DNA of 64,000 bases, taken from an uncultured Candidatus Rokubacteria bacterium. Its GTDB lineage: Bacteria; Methylomirabilota; Methylomirabilia; Rokubacteriales; DASRDR01. Of the stretch, positions 19,234 through 28,703 are shown one piece after another. Under the pieces are notes generated by a model, which saw only the letters and a program-made list of their open reading frames with translations, was not told the origin of the DNA and searched no databases. The first letter of the stretch is position 1; every line of letters begins with the position of its first letter. The stretch lies in contig CAVXVV010000039.1 of the NCBI GenBank assembly GCA_963765195.1, positions 222,822 to 286,821 of the forward strand, given 5' to 3'. The position numbers and the translations under genes are program-made.

Positions 19234-19992
19234 ATGCGATTCCGCGTCGGCTACCAGATCCAGCCCCAGCACTGCACGGTCCAGCAGATCCGCGAGGCGT
19301 ACCGGGCGGCGGACTCACTCCGCGTCGACACGCTCTGGGTCTGGGACCACATGTTTCCTCTCTCCGGACCGGCGGACGGTGACCACTTCGCCTGCTTGCC
19401 GATCCTGGCCGCGATCGCGACCGAGACGCGCCACGCGCAGTTCGGCTCCCTCGTGCACGCGAACAGCTACCGGAACCCGGAGCTCCTCGCCTGCGACGTG
19501 GCGACGATGGACCACTTGAGCGGCGGGCGCGCGATCCTCGGCATCGGCGCCGGCTGGTTCGAGCGCGACTACCAGGAGTACGGGTTCGAGTTCGGGACCG
19601 CCGCGTTCCGGCTGAGAGATCTCGGCGCAGCCCTGCCGCGCATCAAGGCGCGTCTCGGGAAGCTCGTGCCCCCGCCGATCGGCAGCGTGCCGATCATGAT
19701 CGGGGGCGGCGGCGAGAAGGTCACGCTGAAGCTCACCGCCCAGCACGCCGACCTGTGGAACACGTTCCCGCCCGTCGACAACTGGCGGCGCAAGAACGAG
19801 ATCCTGACCGAGTGGTGCGCGAAGGTCGGGCGCGACCCGCGCGCCGTCGAGCGGACCTGCTCGATCAGCCCGGATGTCTTCGGGCAGATCGACGATCTCC
19901 TGAAGGCTGGCGTCCAGCACTTCATCCTGCGCGGGCCCCAGCCGTTCGACATGAAACCGCTGGAGGAGCTGCTCCGGCTCTCCGGGCGCTGA
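19234..19992 (+). CDS. LLM-class (luciferase-like) F420/flavin-dependent oxidoreductase
   Basis: 252 aa. VWDHMFP, GGRAILGIGAGW and GGGGEK are patterns typical of short LLM F420-dependent oxidoreductases. Confidence 0.85.
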   Translation: MRFRVGYQIQPQHCTVQQIREAYRAADSLRVDTLWVWDHMFPLSGPADGDHFACLPILAAIATETRHAQFGSLVHANSYRNPELLACDVATMDHLSGGRAILGIGAGWFERDYQEYGFEFGTAAFRLRDLGAALPRIKARLGKLVPPPIGSVPIMIGGGGEKVTLKLTAQHADLWNTFPPVDNWRRKNEILTEWCAKVGRDPRAVERTCSISPDVFGQIDDLLKAGVQHFILRGPQPFDMKPLEELLRLSGR

Positions 19993-20011
19993 CGGGAGCC
20001 GCGGGCTTCGG

Positions 20012-21424
20012 TCAGCGGCCTTCGCCGTCCGGGCGCGGAGGATCGCCGGGGTCAGCGCCGCCCTCCAGCACCTCGGGCGGAAGGAGCCGCGCCAGCCTCT
20101 CGGTCTCCTCGACGAGGGCGCGGCGCTGCGCCGCGAGCCGGACGAGCAGGTCGCGGTGACCGAGGAACCGGAGAAAGGCGCGGGCGTCGCGGCGAACGCG
20201 CGCCAGGCGCGCCTGCCAGCCCAGCGCGAAGAGTCCCGTCGGAATCAAGCCCACGAGGAAGGCGCCGAGCCCCCAGCCGCCCAGCAGCCGGAAGACGCCC
20301 CAGGCCTCCAGGGCCCAGCACACGGGATAGAGGATGGCGCCGGCGATCAGCTTGATCGTCGCCGTGACGTCGGCCTGGGTTCGGAGCCATCGCGCGACGG
20401 CTCTCGTGAGCCAGTATGGGAGCGCGTGGCTCGCAAGGCCCCAGCCGGCGAGCGGGAGGCCGCCGAGAAGCGCCAGGCCCTCTCGCAGCGCGTAGCGGCG
20501 GGCCGTCCCCGGTGGATACGCGCGCGCCACGACGCCCGGCGACAGGCCGATCCGCTCGAGATCGGCAAGGTAGCTCTCGACCTCGGCCCGGAAGCGCGCC
20601 ACCCGACCGGGCGCGCGAGGCGCGAGCCACCGATAGGCACGCGTGGCCGCCCGGACCCACGCCACCCGCTCCGCGCGCGACGTCGATCGTCCTGCGGCTC
20701 CGGGGGCGTCCTCGGCCTCCGCGCGTCGAATCGCCTCCAGGCCTTCGGCGAGACGCAAGGTCTCGCGATCCTCGACCTCGACGATGACTTCGCGCAACGC
20801 CTCGGCCACCCGGGCCGTGAGCTCGCGCACGGCCCGCTCAGGCTCGCGGGCCGCCATCGCGCGGCAGTCCTCCACCGGCACCGGCGCGCCGACGAGCACG
20901 AGCGCCCATCCGGTCCGGAAGGTCTCGGGCTCGTGGAACGTGAGGCCGATGGGCAAGAGCGTCGTCCCCGGCGGCGCCGCGTCGCCTTCCGTTCCCAGGA
21001 CCATCCGCGCGACGCCCGTCCGAAGCGGCATCAGCACGGGCTCGGGCTGGCTCACGCCTTCGGGGAAGATCAGGATCGCCTCGCCGGCACGGAGCGCCGC
21101 GGCCACCGCGCGGAACATGGCCGCGTTGTGTGTCGGGTCGCTGCCCGGATCCTGCCGACGGTGAACTGGGAGCGCCCCCGCCAGGCGCAGGAACGGCGCC
21201 AGGATCGGATGGCGGAAGAGCGTGCTCTTCGCGACGGGCCGGAGGATGCGCGGCATGGTCGCGATGAGGATCAGCGGGTCGACGAGCGCGTTCCGATGAT
21301 TCGCGACCACGACGAGTGGCCCGGATCGAGCCACGCGCTCCGCGCCGACGATCTCGACGCGGTGGTAGAAGAGGCGCACGAGCGCCTGCGCGAGCGCCCG
21401 AATGAGGGCGGGTCCCGCCTTCAC
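20012..21424 (-). CDS. Lysophospholipid (1-acyl-glycerol-3-phosphate-type) acyltransferase with a C-terminal membrane domain
   Basis: HX4D box NHRNALVD and a FPEG motif. The C-terminal ~200 aa contain several hydrophobic helices. Confidence 0.8.
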   Translation of the reverse strand: MKAGPALIRALAQALVRLFYHRVEIVGAERVARSGPLVVVANHRNALVDPLILIATMPRILRPVAKSTLFRHPILAPFLRLAGALPVHRRQDPGSDPTHNAAMFRAVAAALRAGEAILIFPEGVSQPEPVLMPLRTGVARMVLGTEGDAAPPGTTLLPIGLTFHEPETFRTGWALVLVGAPVPVEDCRAMAAREPERAVRELTARVAEALREVIVEVEDRETLRLAEGLEAIRRAEAEDAPGAAGRSTSRAERVAWVRAATRAYRWLAPRAPGRVARFRAEVESYLADLERIGLSPGVVARAYPPGTARRYALREGLALLGGLPLAGWGLASHALPYWLTRAVARWLRTQADVTATIKLIAGAILYPVCWALEAWGVFRLLGGWGLGAFLVGLIPTGLFALGWQARLARVRRDARAFLRFLGHRDLLVRLAAQRRALVEETERLARLLPPEVLEGGADPGDPPRPDGEGR

Positions 21425-21457
21425 GGACGTCCGCCTGTCTCGCGCCCTCCTCCGTCG

Positions 21458-21931
21458 TCACCGGGGGCGCTGGGCGTCCGTTCTGAGGGATACGGCCTGG
21501 CACGTGGCGACCACGGTGCCGTCGGCCTCGTCAGTGACCGTCATGGCGTAGAAGCCGGCGCGCCGGCCCTGACGGGTCTCGCGGGCCTCCGCCACGAGCC
21601 GCCGTCCGGACCGCGGCGCCGAATGGAACTGGATCGTGACGGTGAGCGCGACCGCCGGCTCGCCGTGCCCGTTGCAGGCGCCCCCGAAGGCGAAGTCGGC
21701 CAGCGAGAAGATCGCTCCGCCGTGCGGATTCCCATGGAAGTTGGCCATGTGCGAAGCCAGGGTGAGCGCGGCGCGGCAGTAGCCGGGACGAAGCTCCAAG
21801 AGCTCGATCCCGAGCCAGCGCCCGTAGGGATCGGCAGCGATGCGCTCCCGGAGCGCCTGCGGGGTCGCGTGCGAGGCGCTCGCAGCCCGTCCCCCGGCGG
21901 CTCGACCAGGCTCGGCGCCGTCCCCGTCCAT
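21458..21931 (-). CDS. PaaI-family hotdog-fold thioesterase
   Basis: GIELLELRPGY..., FHGNPHGGAIFSLAD and a hotdog C-terminus. An alternative upstream start exists at 22030. It lies directly upstream of the acyltransferase on the same strand. Confidence 0.8.
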   Translation of the reverse strand: MDGDGAEPGRAAGGRAASASHATPQALRERIAADPYGRWLGIELLELRPGYCRAALTLASHMANFHGNPHGGAIFSLADFAFGGACNGHGEPAVALTVTIQFHSAPRSGRRLVAEARETRQGRRAGFYAMTVTDEADGTVVATCQAVSLRTDAQRPR

Positions 21932-22066
21932 GCCGCTCCGATGATAGCGGAGAGGCCCGCCGCCGTCACGGCGCGGACACCGGCCTGCGGCCTCGAACGC
22001 GGCAGGAATCCGGGCCATCGACCCGTCCATCTAACAGAGCAGGCCCGGATGGCGGGAGGAGACCGT

Positions 22067-23302
22067 ATGGCCGAAGAGCGACAGCGGGAACCGTCGTACG
22101 CGTGGGTCGTGGTCGGCGTGATGTTCTTCGCCCAGGCCGTCGCGCTGGGCGTGCGCGGCACGATCGGACTCCTCGTCAACCCCTGGGAAGCCGAGTTCGG
22201 CTGGGATCGGGCGGCCGTGAGCCTCACCGCCTCACTCGGCTTCGTCGTCTACGGGCTGGCCCAGGCCTTCTCCGGGCGCTGGGCCGATCGCACGGGGCCG
22301 CGGGTCATCTTCGCCACGAGCATCGCGCTGCTCGGCGTCGGCACGATGGCCGTCAGCTCGATCGTGACGCTCTGGCAGGCGTACGCGATCTTCGGAGTCC
22401 TCATCATGCTGGGCATCGGCGGTGCCTCGAGCCCCACCTCCGCCGTTGCCGTGGCCCGCTGGTTCACGGCGCGCCGCGGGCTCGCCCTGGGTATCGTCGG
22501 CGCGGGATCCGCGGCCGGCCAGTTCGTGCTCGTCCCCGTCATGGCCACCCTCATCGGCTCGCTCGGCTGGCGGGCCGCGTTCCTCTGGCTGGGCGTCGGG
22601 ATCCTCGCCGTGGCCCTCCCCATCATCGTGCTGCTGCTACGCGACGATCCGAGCCAGGGCAGCGGGCAAGCCGGCGCGGCGGCGAGCGACGTTGGATCTC
22701 CGATGCCCATGGCCGAGATCCTTCGCCACGCCAACTTCTGGTGGCTCGCCCTCTCCTTCTTCGTGTGCGGCGTGACCACGTCCGGCCTCATCGACACCCA
22801 CTTCATCCCGTACGCGCAGGATCACCACGTCGCCGCCGTCACGGCCGCCACCGCGTTCGGCCTCCTGTCGCTCGTCAACATGGTGTTCACGACGCTGTCC
22901 GGCGCGGTCTCCGACCGGCTCGGGTACACGCGGCTTCTCGGCTGGATCTACGCGGGCCGTGCAGTCACGCTGGTGTTCCTGGTGTTCGCGCGGGATCCGG
23001 CGTCGCTGTTCGTCTTCGCGGTGGCGTTCGGCATCGTGGACTTCTCGACGGTCGCCCCGACCACCGCGCTCTCGACGGTGATCTTCGGTCGCCGCTCGGC
23101 GGGCACGGTGTTCGGCCTGGTCGCGCTGAGCCACCAGATCGGGTCCGCCCTGGGCTCGTACGCGGGCGGGCTGATCCACGACCTCACCGGGAGCTACGCG
23201 GGATTCATCCTCGCCGGGGCGGCGCTGTCGAGCGCCGCCGCGTTCATGTCGTGGGCGATCTCGGAGTCGCCGGCACCGATCCGAGAGGCCGCGCCCGCCT
23301 GA
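22067..23302 (+). CDS. MFS transporter (12 TM)
   Basis: ATG at 22067 is preceded by GGGAGGAG. 411 aa with two six-helix halves. The long ORF from 20156 is an off-frame extension. Confidence 0.85.
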   Translation: MAEERQREPSYAWVVVGVMFFAQAVALGVRGTIGLLVNPWEAEFGWDRAAVSLTASLGFVVYGLAQAFSGRWADRTGPRVIFATSIALLGVGTMAVSSIVTLWQAYAIFGVLIMLGIGGASSPTSAVAVARWFTARRGLALGIVGAGSAAGQFVLVPVMATLIGSLGWRAAFLWLGVGILAVALPIIVLLLRDDPSQGSGQAGAAASDVGSPMPMAEILRHANFWWLALSFFVCGVTTSGLIDTHFIPYAQDHHVAAVTAATAFGLLSLVNMVFTTLSGAVSDRLGYTRLLGWIYAGRAVTLVFLVFARDPASLFVFAVAFGIVDFSTVAPTTALSTVIFGRRSAGTVFGLVALSHQIGSALGSYAGGLIHDLTGSYAGFILAGAALSSAAAFMSWAISESPAPIREAAPA

Positions 23303-23305
23303 CCG

Positions 23306-23608
23306 TCAGGCCGTGAGCGAGCGGTAGAGCTCGATCTCCGAAGGCCGCGCGACCAGCTCCTTCATCTCGGCGCGGAACCCGGCGAGGTGCGGCGCGGTCC
23401 GGTGGAACTCGAAAGCGGCGTCCGTCCGGTACTGCTCGTAGAAGTAGAAGACGGTCGGCTCGGCGGTCGACCGGTGGGGCCGGTAGACGAGGCAGTCCGG
23501 CTCGTGCTGCCGGACCGCCGCCGCCATCTTCACGAGCAGGCCCTCGACCTCGCTCTCCCGGCCCGTCTTCGGATAGATCCTCGCCACCACCGTCAGAACG
23601 CCCGCCAT
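23306..23608 (-). CDS. Antibiotic-biosynthesis-monooxygenase (ABM) domain protein, YgiN-like
   Basis: 100 aa with ferredoxin-like ABM pattern (VVARIYPKTGRE...FYEQYRTDAAFEFH). Confidence 0.8.
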   Translation of the reverse strand: MAGVLTVVARIYPKTGRESEVEGLLVKMAAAVRQHEPDCLVYRPHRSTAEPTVFYFYEQYRTDAAFEFHRTAPHLAGFRAEMKELVARPSEIELYRSLTA

Positions 23609-23683
23609 CGTCTGGCCTCCTGGTGAGATCGTCTTGCCGCCGCGCCGGTCGACGCTTCGCGCCGGCGGTCACGGCCGTTTCCG

Positions 23684-24421
23684 CTAGTAAGTGGCGCGGC
23701 CGCCGGACAGATCGTAGACCGCGCCGGTGCTGAAGGAGCACTCCTCCGAGGCGAGCCACGCCACGAGGGCGGCCACCTCCTCGGGTCGGCCGACCCGTCC
23801 CATGGGTATCTTCGAGATGAGCAGGTCGACCGTGCTCCGCTCCATCTGCTGCAGCAGCTCGGTGCCGATCACGGCCGGCGCGACGGCGTTGACGAGGATC
23901 CCGCGCGTGGCGACCTCCTTGGCGAGAGCCTTCGTCAGGCCGATCACCCCGGCCTTCGCGCTCGAGTACGGCACCAGCGTCGGGTTTCCCTCCTTGCCCG
24001 CGATCGATGCGATGTTCACGATCCGCCCCGATGCCTGCCGGAGCATCGCGCGAATCGCCGCCCGGCAGCAGAAGAAGACGCTGGTGAGGTCGACCGCCAG
24101 CACCCGCTCCCAGTCCGCGTCGTCGAGCTCCCAGATGGGGAAGGAGCGCCCCGTGATACCCGCATTGTTCACGAGCACGTCGAGCCGCCCCCAGCGCTCG
24201 ATGACCGCGCCCACGGCCGCGTCGACCTCGCCGCTCCGGGTGACGTCGGCCACGAGGGCCATCGCGCCGTGGCCCATGTCGCGCGCCGCGCCCTCGACCC
24301 CGTCCCGGTCGAGGTCGAGGAGGGCGACCCGGAGGCCGTCGCCGGCCAGCCGGCGCGCGATCGCGAGGCCGATCCCGCGGGCCGCGCCGGTGACGAGAGC
24401 CGTGCGCTCGCTCGACGGCAT
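23684..24421 (-). CDS. SDR-family oxidoreductase (FabG-like)
   Basis: TGAARGIGLA, NNAG and YSSAK motifs. 245 aa. Confidence 0.9.
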   Translation of the reverse strand: MPSSERTALVTGAARGIGLAIARRLAGDGLRVALLDLDRDGVEGAARDMGHGAMALVADVTRSGEVDAAVGAVIERWGRLDVLVNNAGITGRSFPIWELDDADWERVLAVDLTSVFFCCRAAIRAMLRQASGRIVNIASIAGKEGNPTLVPYSSAKAGVIGLTKALAKEVATRGILVNAVAPAVIGTELLQQMERSTVDLLISKIPMGRVGRPEEVAALVAWLASEECSFSTGAVYDLSGGRATY

Positions 24422-24424
24422 GCG

Positions 24425-25150
24425 TCAGGCCCTCGGGCGGCGCCGGCGCCGCTGCTTGTAGCGCAGGTTCAGCATCTCCACGAAGAGGGAGAACGCCATC
24501 GCGAAGTAGACGTAGCCCTTCGCCATGTGGGTCCCCAGCCCTTCCGCGACGAGCATCACCCCGATGAGGATGAGGAAGGCGAGCGCCAGGATCTTGATGC
24601 TCGGGTGACCCTCGACGAAGTCGCTGACGGTCCTGGCCGACACCAGCATCACCAGCATCGCGAGGACCATGGCGATGATCATGACCGACACCTGGTTCGC
24701 CATCCCGACCGCGGTGATCACGGAGTCGAGCGAGAACACGATATCGAGCAGGAGGATCTGGAGCAGGACCCAGCCGAACGCGGCGTGCCCCTTGCCACCC
24801 TCCGCGTCGTGGGGCAGCGCCTCCACCTTCTCGTAGATTTCCCGGGTGGCCTTGACCATGAGAAAGAGGCCGCCACCCAGCAGGATGAGGCTACGCCCCG
24901 ACAGCTCGGCCCCCCCGACCGTCCAGAGCGGGCGCGTGAGCCCCATGATCCAGGAGATCGTCAGCAAGAGGAGGATGCGGATGCCGAGGGCCAGGGTGAG
25001 CCCGAGCCGGCGAGCGAGACCCTGCTGGGCCGTTGGCAGCTTCGCCACCAGGATCGCGATGAACACCACGTTGTCGATGCCGAGGACGATCTCCATGAGG
25101 GTGAGCGTCGCCAGGCCTAGAAGGGCATCGACGGAGAGGAGCGCGCTCAT
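24425..25150 (-). CDS. TerC-family integral membrane protein
   Basis: MSALLSVDALLGL...EIVLGIDNVVFIAIL and a repeated TerC-type helix pattern. ATG at 25150 was chosen over the upstream 265-aa start. Confidence 0.85.
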   Translation of the reverse strand: MSALLSVDALLGLATLTLMEIVLGIDNVVFIAILVAKLPTAQQGLARRLGLTLALGIRILLLLTISWIMGLTRPLWTVGGAELSGRSLILLGGGLFLMVKATREIYEKVEALPHDAEGGKGHAAFGWVLLQILLLDIVFSLDSVITAVGMANQVSVMIIAMVLAMLVMLVSARTVSDFVEGHPSIKILALAFLILIGVMLVAEGLGTHMAKGYVYFAMAFSLFVEMLNLRYKQRRRRRPRA

Positions 25151-25588
25151 GGCCCGCCCATCGTACCCGGCGCTCCGCTGGCTCGCAAATCGACGCGGCT
25201 CGCACGGATGGCCGTCCCGCACCCTCGGGGGAGCGAGAGCCGCGCGATCAGCGCGGCCAGGTGACCCAGGTCTCGGTCACGCCGTCGGCGCGTCTCGCGT
25301 ACATCGAAAAGATCGAGGTCACGGCGCTGCACGCAGCGCGAGCCGCCGCGGGCGCGTCCCGCTGATCGAGGCACCGCCGGGCGCGAATGTACACGGACGA
25401 GTGGCGCCGTCCTAACGGGGTCTGGCCGCACTTCCAGGACTGGCCGGCGCTCAGGCGTGAACCCCGTGGCGTCGACGACACGCCACAGGCGGTCGCCCTC
25501 GACGCGTTCTGCGACGACGCCGCGGGGGTCTCGCGCTCGCTCTCCGGGCATCGGGACCGCGTCGGGCCGATGATAGAATGCGGTCCAC

Positions 25589-26158
25589 ATGGACGCTCGC
25601 CCCCTCACTCCGGCCGACCTCGTCGAGGAAGCGCGCCCGCACCTGACGCGGCAATCGTACGCGCCGCGCTCGCCCATCGCCGGCGTCGTCCTCTCGGAGG
25701 TGACCGTCGCGCGCAGCGCCGACGGGCTGTTCGCGGAGATCGTGCGGATCGACGAGCGCGGGGGCGTTCAGGGGCTCGAGGCGTTCCGGCCCGTCCAGTG
25801 GAACTGGAGCCTCTTGCAGCCGGGCGCGGTCAAGGCCTGGCACATCCATCTGGACCAGGACGACCTCTTCATCGTGCCGCCCGACTCGACGCTGCTCGTC
25901 GGTCTCGTCGACCTCCGGCGCGATTCCGCGTCCGGCGCCCGGCCGGCGTCGCAGCGCCTCACCCTGGGGGCAGGGCGCGCCCACCGGCTCCTGATTCCCC
26001 GGGGCGTCGCTCACGGGCTGGCGAACCTCGGCACCGCGCCCCAGGCGATCCTCTACGCGGTCAACCGCTTCTTCACGGCGGACGCGGACCGGACCGACGA
26101 GTGGCGCCTGCCGTGGGACCAGTTCGGGGCCGAGTTCTGGTCGATGGGGCGCGGCTGA
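25589..26158 (+). CDS. dTDP-4-dehydrorhamnose 3,5-epimerase-like (RmlC-type cupin) protein
   Basis: 189 aa. The patterns ...WNWSLLQPGAVKAWHIH...LIPRGVAHG... are RmlC-like. An extended -10 (TGaTAGAAT, 25571-25579) ends 9 nt before the ATG and there is no SD, so the mRNA is possibly leaderless. Confidence 0.75.
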   Translation: MDARPLTPADLVEEARPHLTRQSYAPRSPIAGVVLSEVTVARSADGLFAEIVRIDERGGVQGLEAFRPVQWNWSLLQPGAVKAWHIHLDQDDLFIVPPDSTLLVGLVDLRRDSASGARPASQRLTLGAGRAHRLLIPRGVAHGLANLGTAPQAILYAVNRFFTADADRTDEWRLPWDQFGAEFWSMGRG

Positions 26159-26217
26159 GGGACGGCCAGGGCTGACGCGCCGGGATCCGGCGGCGCCGGC
26201 GCCTTCCTCCTCGCCGG

Positions 26218-28656
26218 TCAGGCCGTCGCGACCGCGGGCACGGCCTGCGGCAGCGTCAGCCGGAACACCTCGACCGGCACCTCGACGTTCCGGAGAGGCC
26301 GCTCCCCCTGGGCCTCGAACGAGAACTCCTCCCCCAGACGCTCTCGCGTGCGCGCGCCCACCAGGATCTCGTCCCGTCGCGCCAGCGCGGCGAGTCGGGC
26401 AGCCACGATCGTGACCTGCCCCGACGCGGTGTAGGTCCACCGCGTCCCGTTGGTCCCCTCGATCTTCGTGGCGCCCACCGTGGCGATGCCGGAATTCACG
26501 CCGATGTGAACGGCGAGCGGCTCGGGCAGGCCATGCAGCGTCTCGTTGAGCTCCCGCGTCCGACGGAGGATCCCCAGCGCGCACCGCACGGCCTGGCGGC
26601 CGTGCCGCCGGGGCTCGGCGTCGCGAAAGATCGCCATGAGGCCGTCGCCGGCCGTCTCGTTCACATCTCCCCCGCGCCGGAGGATCTCGTCGAGGTACGC
26701 GCCGAAGCACCGCTCGACCAACTCGTTCACGCGGCCAGGATCCAGCCGCTCGGTGAGGCGCGTGTATCCGACCAGGTCGACGAACAGGACGGTCACGTCC
26801 ACCTCGCGCTTGTCGAACTCGGGCGCCTCGGGCGCGCGCTCGATCAGGTCCTGCACCGTTCGGGGAACGAACTTGGCGAGGTTGGTCCGGATGCTCTCCA
26901 GGATCTCCACGCGGCGGACGGTCGCCCGCAGCTCTGCGTTCGTCTCCTGGAGCGTCGTGTAGGCTCGAGCGTGGTCGAGGGCGAGCGCGCTCGAGTTCGC
27001 CAGAAGGCGAAGAAGCCCGACGTCCTGGCTCGAGTAGCCGAGGCCGGACCGCTTCGGCCCGAGGGCGAGGAAGCCCGTCACGTGGCCCTGGAACAGGAAC
27101 GGCACGACCAGGGTCGCCCCGAGGTCGGCCATCATCGCGAGGCATCCCGCGCGGTAGTCGTGGAACTCGGGATCCTCCTCCACGCGCTCCTGGGTCAGCG
27201 GCTGGCGGACGAGCTCGAGACAGCGCACCAGCGGCGAGTCGGCGTCGATGGCCGGGCGAGCGTCCATCTCCTCCCCGTCCTCCGGCGCCTGGCGCACGTA
27301 GCCCGGCCGGCGGGAGTCGAGCAGGTGGAGCGTCTGGCGCTCGGGGTGCAGCTGCTCCTCCACGGCCTGCGTGATGAGCTCGACGATCTGCCGGAGGTCG
27401 AGGAGCCCGCTCATGACCTCGGAGACGCGCTCGATCGACCGCTGCATGTCGACGCGCTGACGGAAGAAGAGCCGATCGACCCAGCGCTGGGACTGCAGGT
27501 ACAGCGGATTCAGCATCACGACGACGAGGACCGCCATCACCGCCGCGGCGACGATCGGCGACTGCGCCGCCTCCCAGTTCGAGAGGATGATGTCCATCGA
27601 CGCGATGGCCCCCGCGTAGGCCAGCACGACGAGCCCGGTGGCGCCGGAGTACACGGCGCCCGCCCTGAGCGCGGCCCGCACGTCGAAGAGGTCGTAGCGA
27701 ACCATGGCGTAGGCCATGACGATCGGGAAGAGGAGCGGCAGCTTCCACATCGCGTTGAGGTACGGGACGGACACCTGGAAGATCGCTTCCACGACCGTTC
27801 CGAGTATGGGCGGCACGTAGCCGACGACGAAGGCCGCGCAGAGGATCCGCGCCCGCTGCCGGACGAGCGCGTTGGGCCCGACCACGCTCGCGCGGGCCAG
27901 CGACAGGACCAGGACGATGAGCGCCACCCCCCAGTACGCCGCCCCGACGACCGGAACCGCCAGCAGCAACCGCACGTCGGCGTGGACGATCGGCAGCTGC
28001 ATGAGGATCGCCACGACCGCGGAGACCACGTAGGGCAGCCAGACCACTCGCGGGAAGCGGCGCACGATCCCGCGCCGCTGCGGGAACGTCAGGGCGAGGT
28101 GCATGAGCGTCGCCGGCCAGAAGGCCCAGGCCGTGAGGAACAGCGCGGAGAAGCGATACGTCGTGTGGGCGTCGCCGAACGTGACGTTGACCAGGTAGGC
28201 GATGAGCGAGAAGGCGAGGAAGAGCCAGCTCTGCGAGCGCCCCGGCCGGATCAGGAACACGACGGCGCCGATCGCCAGCTGGAACACGGCCGGGACGAGA
28301 CTCTCGGACACGAATCTCACGAAGTCCCGGCGCGTGTACAGCCGCGTCGTCACGTCGGCCTCGGTCAGCTGCCCCCGGCGGTAGACGATGTAGTGGAACG
28401 TCGTCCGGGGATCCTCGCTCTCGATGACCGCCTGGATGTCCCGGCCGCTGGTGAGCACCTGGCCGTTCATGACGCGGACGACGTCGAACGGCTCGAGCGG
28501 CCCGCGCTCGGGCCCGCCGATCGCCACGAGCAGGTTCTCCATGACCCAGAAGCCGGCGAAAATCCGACCCTGACGGTTGTACCGGTCGAGGGTCGTGACA
28601 ACCCCGATGGCGAGGGCGAGCCCGAGGATGCTCCAGAACAGCGCGTTCCTGCGCAT
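26218..28656 (-). CDS. Membrane-bound class III adenylate/guanylate cyclase (PDZ-like N-terminal segment, multi-TM block, GAF-like domain, cyclase domain)
   Basis: Cyclase motifs VTVLFVDLVGYTRLTE, ETAGDGLMAIF and GVNSGIATVG. There are about 8 hydrophobic helices. ATG at 28656 is followed directly by a TM helix, and the upstream 64 codons look non-coding. Confidence 0.85.
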   Translation of the reverse strand: MRRNALFWSILGLALAIGVVTTLDRYNRQGRIFAGFWVMENLLVAIGGPERGPLEPFDVVRVMNGQVLTSGRDIQAVIESEDPRTTFHYIVYRRGQLTEADVTTRLYTRRDFVRFVSESLVPAVFQLAIGAVVFLIRPGRSQSWLFLAFSLIAYLVNVTFGDAHTTYRFSALFLTAWAFWPATLMHLALTFPQRRGIVRRFPRVVWLPYVVSAVVAILMQLPIVHADVRLLLAVPVVGAAYWGVALIVLVLSLARASVVGPNALVRQRARILCAAFVVGYVPPILGTVVEAIFQVSVPYLNAMWKLPLLFPIVMAYAMVRYDLFDVRAALRAGAVYSGATGLVVLAYAGAIASMDIILSNWEAAQSPIVAAAVMAVLVVVMLNPLYLQSQRWVDRLFFRQRVDMQRSIERVSEVMSGLLDLRQIVELITQAVEEQLHPERQTLHLLDSRRPGYVRQAPEDGEEMDARPAIDADSPLVRCLELVRQPLTQERVEEDPEFHDYRAGCLAMMADLGATLVVPFLFQGHVTGFLALGPKRSGLGYSSQDVGLLRLLANSSALALDHARAYTTLQETNAELRATVRRVEILESIRTNLAKFVPRTVQDLIERAPEAPEFDKREVDVTVLFVDLVGYTRLTERLDPGRVNELVERCFGAYLDEILRRGGDVNETAGDGLMAIFRDAEPRRHGRQAVRCALGILRRTRELNETLHGLPEPLAVHIGVNSGIATVGATKIEGTNGTRWTYTASGQVTIVAARLAALARRDEILVGARTRERLGEEFSFEAQGERPLRNVEVPVEVFRLTLPQAVPAVATA

Positions 28657-28703
28657 TTCGGTATTGTACGCCCGGCCTCCCGGGCGCCCCCGCGCGGCCG
28701 GCG

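Noticed and set aside
23610-23683. GC-rich imperfect hairpin between the SDR and ABM genes as a terminator.
   Set aside because: The stem requires a bulge, the two genes are co-oriented only 75 bp apart, and there is no U-tract. It is not distinguishable from background GC self-complementarity.
25151-25400. Possible yybP-ykoY (Mn) riboswitch in the leader of the TerC-family gene.
   Set aside because: On the minus strand I could not find the conserved GGGGAGUAG 5' element or the matching AGAGACC-type 3' element in the right order. Only a GAGACC and a CUCCCCC occur, and they are in the wrong arrangement. This needs a covariance-model scan to be sure.
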